Below are positions 56,571-64,000 of a stretch of DNA of 64,000 nt, piece by piece (position 1 is the stretch's first letter; every line of letters begins with the position of its first letter). A program made the position numbers and the translations under genes. Below the pieces are notes generated by a model. It was not told where the DNA came from and ran no database searches. It saw nothing but the letters and a program-made list of their open reading frames with translations. The DNA comes from Mycobacterium sp. Lineage in GTDB: Bacteria > Actinomycetota > Actinomycetes > Mycobacteriales > Mycobacteriaceae. Location: the NCBI GenBank assembly GCA_020438785.1, contig JAGQTW010000214.1, positions 2,668-66,667 of the forward strand, read 5' to 3'.

Positions 56571-57571
56571 CGGCCGATGATCCGCCCCGTGGACTCCCAT
56601 GCCGCGATCGCGGGTGGGAAGAACTCGTTGTAGGAGTGGTAGACGACGGGTTTGCGGGTCTCCCCCGCTCGGCGCAGCCAACCCTCGGAGGACCGGTAGA
56701 AGTCACTGCCGGATGCCTGCTCCGGCAGTGCCCCGTCGTCCACCGATGACCACTCCCAGTCGACACCGTCGGCAACGTAGTACATGTGCTCGGGGAAGGT
56801 GTCCGGGCGGTACTTGATGTCACGGGCGGCCACGTCGGACGTGGCGTGCAGAACTTCACCGCCGTCGGTGACGACCACCGCGAAGTTGAATCCGTCTGCG
56901 CCATAGCAGATGTGGCCCATCTCCACCGAACCGTCCTCGTACTCCGTCCCGAACGGGGTCCAGGCCAGTTCGACCCCCTTGAAGAAGTCGCTGTTGCGCC
57001 AGGTGACACCCGGGGGCAGGTAGCACTGGTCGAGCCAGAGGAAACCCTCGGCCGGCTCACCGAAAGCCTTACCCGACACCCGGTGCATCAGCGAGGTGTA
57101 GAACAGCGGCGTCGGCCCGGTGGGCACGTACACCTGCATTCCGGGTCCGATCCGGCGACCGTGGAACGCGAGATCGGCGCCCTCGTGGTAGCGCAACTCG
57201 TGGTCGGTACGCACTAGCTCGAAGGGCTGGCCGGTGGCGTAACCGGCTTCGGCCGGCTTGCTGGCGATGCGGTACTCGTCGCCGGCGGTGGTCACCACCG
57301 GACCGCGGAAGAACTCCCGCCCGGCCGGCATCGTCATCTTCCGCAAAGCGCCGTCGCGGGACTCGAAGCACGTACAATGCATCGAGCCTTCCAGGCCCAG
57401 CACCCCGCGGTAGGCGAAGTGCAGCTTGCCATCGCTGTCGCGGAAGTTCAGATAGAACCACGTAATCGACAGTGGCAGACCGAAGTACGTCCGCGTCGGA
57501 TCGGCGTCCGGCCCGATCGGATCGAATGTCCCGACGACGGTGCGGTGACCGAAATCGCCTTTGGCAGACAC
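56567..57571 (-). CDS. Uncharacterised AttH/CrtC-like beta-barrel protein (family X, copy 5)
   Basis: 334 aa, GTG 57571 overlaps the fusion-3 stop (TAGTG). FYTSLMHRVSGKAFGEPAEGFLWLDQCY and ELAWTPFGTEYEDG. Confidence 0.7.
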   Translation of the reverse strand: MSAKGDFGHRTVVGTFDPIGPDADPTRTYFGLPLSITWFYLNFRDSDGKLHFAYRGVLGLEGSMHCTCFESRDGALRKMTMPAGREFFRGPVVTTAGDEYRIASKPAEAGYATGQPFELVRTDHELRYHEGADLAFHGRRIGPGMQVYVPTGPTPLFYTSLMHRVSGKAFGEPAEGFLWLDQCYLPPGVTWRNSDFFKGVELAWTPFGTEYEDGSVEMGHICYGADGFNFAVVVTDGGEVLHATSDVAARDIKYRPDTFPEHMYYVADGVDWEWSSVDDGALPEQASGSDFYRSSEGWLRRAGETRKPVVYHSYNEFFPPAIAAWESTGRIIGR

Positions 57572-60204
57572 TACGTCACTCCATTCGTCGCTTCGTCGAT
57601 GATGCGGATGGTTCCGGCCGTGCCGTCGACCTCGACGAGCTGACCGTCCGCGAGTCGCTGGGTGGCGAGCACGGCGTTCACGACTGCCGGGATGCCGAAC
57701 TCCCGAGCCACGATCGCCGCGTGCGACATCGGGCCGCCGACATTGGTCACCACCGCTGCCGCACAACCGAAGAACGGTGTCCAGCCGGTGTCGGTGACGT
57801 TGGCGACCAGCACCGCACCGGATTCGAAATCGTCATCGGCGTGCACCATGATGCGGACCCTGCCGCGAGCCACACCGCCCGACACCGCCTGCCCCGTGAT
57901 CACGCCGCCGTCAGCGCCGTCGACCGACTGCTCCGGAGTCCACGGCTGGGTGAAGTGCACCGGATAGTCCAGTGCGGCCAGGCGATCCCGCTCGGCGCGA
58001 CGACGGGTCACCCGATCCTTGGCGTCCGGCGGCGGATAGTAGACCTCGTCGACCGACAGATAGTGCACGTCGTCCGCGGACTCCAGAACACCGCGCTCGG
58101 CCAGCCGCCGGCCCCACTCGCGCAGTGCCATCCTCAACTCGTGGGTGATCCGCATGCTGGCATCGCGGCCGCGTTCCCTGCGTTCCATCGCCGTGATGGC
58201 GACATCGACCAGCTTTCGCCCGACCCTGCTGCGCAACGGTGGTGCGGCCGCGACCGGCGGAGGTTGCGTACTGCCCAGCACCGCGCGCAGCAACAGTTCC
58301 GGGGCGTCGGCGAACATGGGGTTGCTGAGCTCCGTCTCGCCGGGTCCCCGATGGCCGCACTCGGCGATCAGTCGGTCGAACCTGGCCGCGAAGGCGGGCG
58401 CCTCGGTGCGCAGTTTGGCGAAGATGGCGTCCTTCGGGGTCTCGGTGATCAGGGTGCGCAGATGGTCGTCGGCCGCCACCATCGATCCCAGTTCCTGTAC
58501 GCCGGCCAGCATGGCAGCACTGCGCAGGTTCCGGGTGCCGGCCCGGACGTTCATCGCCGCCTCGTGGCCGTAACGTCGGCCGACCATGGTGATGGCCGGT
58601 CCCACCAGGAACGTGTTCATGTTGTTGACGTCCCAGGAGCGCACCACCAGGTCGCTCAGCAATTCCACACGGGCATGCAGTCTTTCGTCGCTCAGCGTCG
58701 TCAGATCCGGCCGACTGGCCGCGAGGCGTTCGGCCCGACGCTCCATGGCGGCCACTTCGGCGCTCAGACCAAGGATCTGCGGGCCGGCTCGCCCCGCAGC
58801 CTTCACCGCGGTCACCAGTTCCGCTGCGGTCATCTTCGGTGCGCGGTAACCGTCCGGCAGGGGGGTGCCGTTCATCTGCTGCTCGAAGCTCTCGGCGGTC
58901 TGGCCGGGAATCGCATTGGCCAGCCGCTTCATGATGGTCATGTTGTTGTAGAGCCGATGACCGATGACCGCCACCTGCTTTGCACTCACCAGATAGGCGA
59001 GGTCCGGGTCGAGGGAGAACAACTGATTGACCATGTTGGCGCCGCTGAACATGATCCTGGTGGCCAGACCGATGGAGAACGGCGTCATCGGTCCGGGAAA
59101 GGCTTCGGACAGGTTGGCGGCCGTCCACTCCGGAATCGCGGGATCTGCTGTGGCGTTGTCGAATTCACCGGTGTACTCCGTCGGCACGACCTGTACCGCG
59201 GTGCCGTCCTCGGCCGAGGTGTCGGGCGGGTGGACCACGGGGATCGCCAGGCTGGTGGGCCTGCGCAGCGATCGGGTTCCGACGGTGATGAAGCTCGATG
59301 AGGTGTCCGTCATGTCGCCAACCGCGTCGGCCGAACTGTAGGCGCAGGTGAAGCCGAACTCCTCACGCAACCGACGGGTGTCGCCCAGTGGGTAGTGCAG
59401 GAAGAGTTCGATCAGGTCGGGCACCGACTCGAGATTGTCCGCATTGCCAGCGAGCCCGGCCAGCACGCGCGCGAAGCGTTCGCCGCAGTTCACCACCGGC
59501 CGGCCGACGATATGGCCCATCTCGGTGAAGGTCAGCGCGTCGTCGGCATTGAGGTTGACCGTGCCGGTCGGCCCGCCGAGGGCCGCCTGCGCGCAGAACC
59601 GGCCGACGTCGTCGACGTGCACCAGTTGCATCCGGGCGTTCCGCCCGGGTGTGACGACCACCGGCTGACGGAAGATGTTGGCCGGCGCACTCCACGCGCT
59701 GCGCCCCACGATCACCGTGGGGCGCACGTTGACCGCCTCGACGCCGGAGTCGAGAATCATCTTCTCCGCGCGCATCTTGTTGCGCTCGTAGTGAAACGAT
59801 GCGGCAGGGCGCGGTGTCTCGTCTTCGGTGTAGGGCTGCGGGTGGTCGGCGTGACCGCCGTAGACGGTGATCGAGGAGGCGAAGACCATTCGGCGGCAGT
59901 CATGGTCGGCCATGGCCCGCAGCAGGTTGGTGGTCCCGCCGATGTCGATTCCCTCAGCGACCTCCGCGCTCTGCATGGCCGAGACGGTCCAGGCGAAGTG
60001 TGCGACTCCGGTGCAGCCCGCGACTGCCCGCGACACGGCCTCGGCGTCCTGGATGTCGGCAGCGACGTATTCGACTCCGGGCACCCTGATCGCGGGTTCG
60101 CGTCGGGCGAGGGCCACCACGTCGGCGCCCATCCGGCGCAGCCACTTGACCGTCGCCGAACCGGCGGCGCCGGTGCCGCCGGTGACGAGAACCCGTCCTG
60201 GCAT
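57571..60204 (-). CDS. SDR + RPH-like + PEP-utiliser phospho-His fusion (Rv2047c-like), copy 3
   Basis: TGGTGAAG, FASS, YERNK; ANLSEAFPGP, GHRGPGETEL; GGPMSHAAIVAREF. Confidence 0.85.
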   Translation of the reverse strand: MPGRVLVTGGTGAAGSATVKWLRRMGADVVALARREPAIRVPGVEYVAADIQDAEAVSRAVAGCTGVAHFAWTVSAMQSAEVAEGIDIGGTTNLLRAMADHDCRRMVFASSITVYGGHADHPQPYTEDETPRPAASFHYERNKMRAEKMILDSGVEAVNVRPTVIVGRSAWSAPANIFRQPVVVTPGRNARMQLVHVDDVGRFCAQAALGGPTGTVNLNADDALTFTEMGHIVGRPVVNCGERFARVLAGLAGNADNLESVPDLIELFLHYPLGDTRRLREEFGFTCAYSSADAVGDMTDTSSSFITVGTRSLRRPTSLAIPVVHPPDTSAEDGTAVQVVPTEYTGEFDNATADPAIPEWTAANLSEAFPGPMTPFSIGLATRIMFSGANMVNQLFSLDPDLAYLVSAKQVAVIGHRLYNNMTIMKRLANAIPGQTAESFEQQMNGTPLPDGYRAPKMTAAELVTAVKAAGRAGPQILGLSAEVAAMERRAERLAASRPDLTTLSDERLHARVELLSDLVVRSWDVNNMNTFLVGPAITMVGRRYGHEAAMNVRAGTRNLRSAAMLAGVQELGSMVAADDHLRTLITETPKDAIFAKLRTEAPAFAARFDRLIAECGHRGPGETELSNPMFADAPELLLRAVLGSTQPPPVAAAPPLRSRVGRKLVDVAITAMERRERGRDASMRITHELRMALREWGRRLAERGVLESADDVHYLSVDEVYYPPPDAKDRVTRRRAERDRLAALDYPVHFTQPWTPEQSVDGADGGVITGQAVSGGVARGRVRIMVHADDDFESGAVLVANVTDTGWTPFFGCAAAVVTNVGGPMSHAAIVAREFGIPAVVNAVLATQRLADGQLVEVDGTAGTIRIIDEATNGVT

Positions 60205-60218
60205 CTGACCCTTCTCGC

Positions 60219-60884
60219 TCACAGCAACCCGTGCAGCTCGCACACCCGCCGGCACTCACCGGGATCGGTGAACAACGCGGCGACCATCCCCGCATTCTGC
60301 GCGCCGTGGACGTTGTCCGTCACGTCATCGAAGAACAACAACTGTCCGGTCGGGAATCCGATACGTTCGGCGGCGATCTCGAAGACTCTGGGATCGGGCT
60401 TGCGCACGCCGACCTCCGACGAGTCGATCACGGCCGCAAACGATTCCACCGGCAGCACGCCGCTGTTCCACCAGCTTCGCGCCTCTCGCACGTTGTTGGT
60501 CAGCAGACCGACCTTCACACCGCGCACCACCAGCTCGGAGACGAGCCGCACCATCTCGGGACGGACCCGCTGGCCGGCGGCCAGCGCGTCGGCGAGCCGG
60601 CGGATGTCGACGCGAACACCCAAGCGGGACTGGACATCGGTGCACGCGAACTTGAGAAAGTCCCGCATCGTCGACTCGCCGGTCTCGACCGCGGCGAAGT
60701 GCGAGCCGCGCAACTGGTCGACAAAGGTGTCGGCCGGAACCCCGAGGGCCGAGGCGTACTCCCGCAGCGGTTCATACGGGTCGACTGTGAGTACACCGCC
60801 CATGTCGAAGACCACACCGGTGACGCGCCCGGCACCGACGTGCGGCGGACGGTCGGCGAGTGATTCGGCGGGCTGCTGGCTCAC
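60219..60884 (-). CDS. HAD-superfamily phosphatase, copy 2
   Basis: VFDMGGVL, LTNN, RKPDPRVF, FFDD..NV. GTGA-coupled to the amidohydrolase. Confidence 0.88.
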   Translation of the reverse strand: MSQQPAESLADRPPHVGAGRVTGVVFDMGGVLTVDPYEPLREYASALGVPADTFVDQLRGSHFAAVETGESTMRDFLKFACTDVQSRLGVRVDIRRLADALAAGQRVRPEMVRLVSELVVRGVKVGLLTNNVREARSWWNSGVLPVESFAAVIDSSEVGVRKPDPRVFEIAAERIGFPTGQLLFFDDVTDNVHGAQNAGMVAALFTDPGECRRVCELHGLL

Positions 60885-62029
60885 TTGGGGAAGTTGAAGA
60901 GTTCGCGGGCGTTGAGTTCGACGATCCGGTGTGCCTCCGCGTCCGGGACGCCTTGCAGCTGCTCCTGCGCGACCTTGCGGCTGTTGGGGAAGTACGAGTC
61001 GGAGTGCGGATAGTCGCACTCCCACAGGATGTTGTTCACCCCGACGATCTCCCGGGCCTCCAAACCGTGCGTGTCGGAGATGTAACAGGCGTAAACGTGT
61101 TTGTAGTAGATCTCCGATGGGCGCAGCTCCTGGTTGATGTCCTGATAGAAGCGGTGCCGTTCCCACACCCAGTCCATCCGCTCGAGCATGAACGGGATCC
61201 ACCCGATCCCGCTCTCCCCCAGGGCGACCTTCAGTTTGGGATGCTTGTGGAAGACGTTGGAGAACAACAGGTCCGACAGCGCGTACATCGAGTTGCAGCT
61301 GAACAGTGCCAGCCTGGCCGCAAGCGGGGTGTCGGGCGCCGGGTGCGGTGACTGGCCCGAGGTGCCGAAGTGCATCGAGAGTGGAAGATCGTGCTCCTCG
61401 CAGGCGGCGAAGACCGGGTCCCAATGCCCCACGGCGTGGAACGACGGCAACCCCAAGGGGGACGGATTCTCCGGGAACGCGATCGACTTGGCGCCCTTGG
61501 CGGCCGTGCGATGCACTTCGGCGACCGCCGCTTCGACATCCCACAGCGGCAGGATCGTCAGCGGGATGTAACGGTCCGGAGCCGATGCACACCATTCGTC
61601 GATGACGAAGTCGTTGTAGGCCTGCACGCAGGCCAGGGCGAGGTCGCGATCGGCCCCCTCGAGGAACATGGTCCCTGCGAATCGCGGGAACGTCGGAAAG
61701 TTCAGCGAGGCCCACACCCCGTCGGTATCCATGTCCGCCAACCGCTTCACCGGGTCGTAGCACCCGGCCAGCATGTCGTCGTACCGGGTCGGCTCGGTGC
61801 CGAACTCCTCGGGCTCCTTGCCGGCCACCGCGTTGAGGCCGATGGCGGGGTAGGTCCTTCCCTGGTACTGCCACACCTGGCTGAGTTCGCCGCCGGTTCG
61901 CGCCGGACCGTCCACGATGCGGGGCCCATCCTTCTGAAACTTCTGCGGCAGCCGGTCGGTCCACACGTTGGGGTGTTCGATGATGTGGTCATCGACCGAG
62001 ATCAGCTGCATGTAATCCTGCAGCGGCAT
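60881..62029 (-). CDS. Amidohydrolase_2 family metallo-enzyme, copy 2
   Basis: SVDDHIIEH, AYNDFVIDEW, SMHFG, LGESGIGW, WECDYPHSDS; RBS AGGAGG. Confidence 0.9.
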   Translation of the reverse strand: MPLQDYMQLISVDDHIIEHPNVWTDRLPQKFQKDGPRIVDGPARTGGELSQVWQYQGRTYPAIGLNAVAGKEPEEFGTEPTRYDDMLAGCYDPVKRLADMDTDGVWASLNFPTFPRFAGTMFLEGADRDLALACVQAYNDFVIDEWCASAPDRYIPLTILPLWDVEAAVAEVHRTAAKGAKSIAFPENPSPLGLPSFHAVGHWDPVFAACEEHDLPLSMHFGTSGQSPHPAPDTPLAARLALFSCNSMYALSDLLFSNVFHKHPKLKVALGESGIGWIPFMLERMDWVWERHRFYQDINQELRPSEIYYKHVYACYISDTHGLEAREIVGVNNILWECDYPHSDSYFPNSRKVAQEQLQGVPDAEAHRIVELNARELFNFPK

Positions 62030-62046
62030 CGTCGCCTCCTATTGGT

Positions 62047-62057
62047 TAACGTGGTTA
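62047..62057. promoter_or_regulatory. Operator variant TAACGTGGTTA (1 mismatch to TAACCWGGTTA)
   Basis: On the minus strand it lies between a TAGGAT -10-like hexamer and the AGGAGG RBS of the amidohydrolase operon. Confidence 0.55.
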
Positions 62058-62081
62058 CCCTATTTGGATCCTAGCGCACCC

Positions 62082-63608
62082 TCAAGGCGCTGAACAGGCC
62101 TTCCCGGGCCGCGCGACAGCAGTCGCGAACTCGTCGCGCACCTGGCCGCGAAGCACTTTCATAGCGGCGTTGCGGGGAATGGTGTCGGCGACCCGCACCG
62201 TCACCGGCGCCTTGTAGGACGGCAGTCGCGACCTGACCCAGGCGATCAGGTCGGCGGGGCTCACCTCACCGCGGGTGACGACGACGGCGACGGGTACCTG
62301 ACCCAGCCGTTCGTCGTCGGCTCCGAAGACAACCGCCTCCCGCACCAGGGGATGAGCCTCGAGGCAGTCCTCGACCTCGGACGGGAAGATCTTGAAACCA
62401 CCGCGGTTGATGACGTCGTCCGCGCGTCCGTGAACCCAGACGAACCCGTCGTCGTCGACGGTGCCCAGATCGTTCGTGCGGATCCAGTCCGTCCCCCCGC
62501 CGACCGCCTGGGCGGACCGAACCTGCAGTAGCCCATGCCGGCCCGGCTCCAGGACAAGGCCGGAATCCGGGTCGATCACCGAGATCTCAACCCCCGGGTG
62601 GGCGCGACCGACACTGCCGCGCTTGGTGTCCTTCCAGTCCTTCCAGTCGCGCAGCGACCAGCCGGTGATGCCACCGGTGAACTCGGTGGCGCCGTAACTC
62701 TGCAGAACGGGACAGCCATAGGTCTTCTCGAACGCGTCGGCCAGGCCCGCGCCCAGGGGTGCCGCGCCGGCCCAGACCGCCTTGAGGCTGGAGAGTCTCT
62801 TGGGATCGATACCGGCGTCGAGGATCATCCGCAACGCTGCCGGGGGTATCGACATGGACCGAGGTCGATATTGCTCCACGGCGCGCGACCAGGTCTCCGG
62901 TTCGAACTTGTCCTGCAACAGCAGTCGGCCACCGCCCGACAGTGCGGTGATCAACGCCCACAGGCCGCTGATGTTCGTCGGCGGCAGCGCGCAGATCTGG
63001 ACCCCGGCACCGCGCACGCTGCCCTCGCGCGCGCTGCCGTTCATGTAGTGTGCCTGCGCTCCGCGCAATGCGCTTTCGATCTCGCTGTGGCGCAGCGGGA
63101 TTCGCTTGGGCGGTCCGGTGGTTCCGCTGGTCGGTATCAGTATCGCGACCGACCGATCAACGCTCGGGCTGGCGTCCGGAGTGGCGTCGACCACCACCTC
63201 GGCGGCAGCGGCCGAGGCAAGGTCCACCCGCACACCGAGCGCGCCCGCGGCGGCGACCGCCGACGTCACGGCCGGTCGTGCCCAGTCCTCGGCATCGGCC
63301 AGCACCGCCGCCGGACGCACTGCGATGACGTCGTGCCCGACGGTCGCGTCCGGGAAGGCGGGGTTGAGCACGACGAGCGGGCGCCGGGTGGCGAGCAGGA
63401 CCGCGAGCGCGACCACCGGACCGGGCCGGTTCCGCATGAAGACCGCGACAGGCACGCCCTCGCCCAGACCGCGTGCGGTGAGCAGGTCATCGAGCCGGCG
63501 CGCAGCGACACTGCACTGGTGCTGGTTGAACCAGTCGCCGCGGTAGCTCACCACCGGCTCGTCGCCGTCGGTGAGGATTGTCGCCCTCATCAGTTCGGTC
63601 AGGTCCAT
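62082..63608 (-). CDS. AMP-binding acyl-CoA ligase
   Basis: PTSGTTGPPK, YGATE, WIRTNDLG, INRGGFKIFP, IPRNAAMKV. Confidence 0.85.
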   Translation of the reverse strand: MDLTELMRATILTDGDEPVVSYRGDWFNQHQCSVAARRLDDLLTARGLGEGVPVAVFMRNRPGPVVALAVLLATRRPLVVLNPAFPDATVGHDVIAVRPAAVLADAEDWARPAVTSAVAAAGALGVRVDLASAAAAEVVVDATPDASPSVDRSVAILIPTSGTTGPPKRIPLRHSEIESALRGAQAHYMNGSAREGSVRGAGVQICALPPTNISGLWALITALSGGGRLLLQDKFEPETWSRAVEQYRPRSMSIPPAALRMILDAGIDPKRLSSLKAVWAGAAPLGAGLADAFEKTYGCPVLQSYGATEFTGGITGWSLRDWKDWKDTKRGSVGRAHPGVEISVIDPDSGLVLEPGRHGLLQVRSAQAVGGGTDWIRTNDLGTVDDDGFVWVHGRADDVINRGGFKIFPSEVEDCLEAHPLVREAVVFGADDERLGQVPVAVVVTRGEVSPADLIAWVRSRLPSYKAPVTVRVADTIPRNAAMKVLRGQVRDEFATAVARPGKACSAP

Positions 63609-63662
63609 CCGTCACCCTTGCTGACATGCCCGGCGGTCGCCGCCGCATTCCGTCTATTTATA

Positions 63663-63673
63663 TAACCAGGTTA
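63663..63673. promoter_or_regulatory. Palindromic operator TAACCAGGTTA
   Basis: AT-rich gap upstream of the 62082..63608 ligase. Confidence 0.6.
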
Positions 63674-63693
63674 ACGGATCGAACGAGCGGTGT

Positions 63694-64000
63694 TCAGGAG
63701 ATGGCGCCCGCCACCTTGAGTTCGACCAGTTCGTCCCAGCCGTAGCCGAGGCCGAGCAGCACCTCGTCGGTGTCGGCACCCAACTCCGGTGCCGGTCGGG
63801 GCTCGGGTCGGTGGTCGTTGAACTGCACCGGAGGCATGGCCACCGCAAGCGGGCCGTCCGCGCCGAGATCAAGTGCACCGACGTAGTGGTTTGCGGCTAC
63901 CTGCGGATCGGCGGCGGTCTCCTGAGGTGACTGCACCAGGGCCCACACGCCGCGCTGGCGACCGAGGATCTCCTGCCACTGAGCTGCCGTCCGGCCGAGG
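63694..64000 (-). CDS. CoA-transferase family III (CaiB/BaiF), C-terminal part (5' end outside the window)
   Basis: WALVQSPQETAADPQVAAN...PVQF...PAPELGADTDEVL..LG is the typical CaiB/BaiF C-terminus. Confidence 0.8.
   Translation of the reverse strand, partial: LGRTAAQWQEILGRQRGVWALVQSPQETAADPQVAANHYVGALDLGADGPLAVAMPPVQFNDHRPEPRPAPELGADTDEVLLGLGYGWDELVELKVAGAIS

Noticed and set aside
1-64000. CRISPR arrays, tRNA/rRNA, IS elements, integrases
   Set aside because: No regularly spaced repeats or transposase/integrase motifs were seen, and intergenic gaps are short with no RNA-gene signatures. A covariance-model scan was not possible.

Overview
High-GC actinobacterial DNA, most likely Mycobacterium/Mycolicibacterium (FadD4 orthologue, mycofactocin-type SDR, carboxylic acid reductase, WS/DGATs). 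The whole 64 kb is a dense catabolic island for a hydrophobic substrate, with about 50 CDS: six acyl-CoA ligases, acyl-CoA dehydrogenases, hydratases, thiolase-fold/DUF35 pairs, two P450s with one ferredoxin, two ALDHs, two amidohydrolases, two amine-dehydrogenase-like proteins, a BKACE, and three TetR regulators. I saw no rRNA, tRNA, CRISPR array or mobile element. The most unusual signal is a candidate split dikinase-type phosphotransfer system. Three paralogous SDR + RPH-like substrate domain + phospho-His swivel fusions (Rv2047c-like) lack an ATP-grasp domain. One short PPDK retains the ATP-grasp and His domains but lacks the pyruvate-binding barrel. Five paralogues of an unannotated ~335-aa AttH/CrtC-like beta protein and two HAD phosphatases accompany them. 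A palindrome TAACCWGGTTA recurs at several operon heads. All product calls come from motif recognition by eye, with no database search. Start codons were chosen from RBS position and stop/start overlaps.
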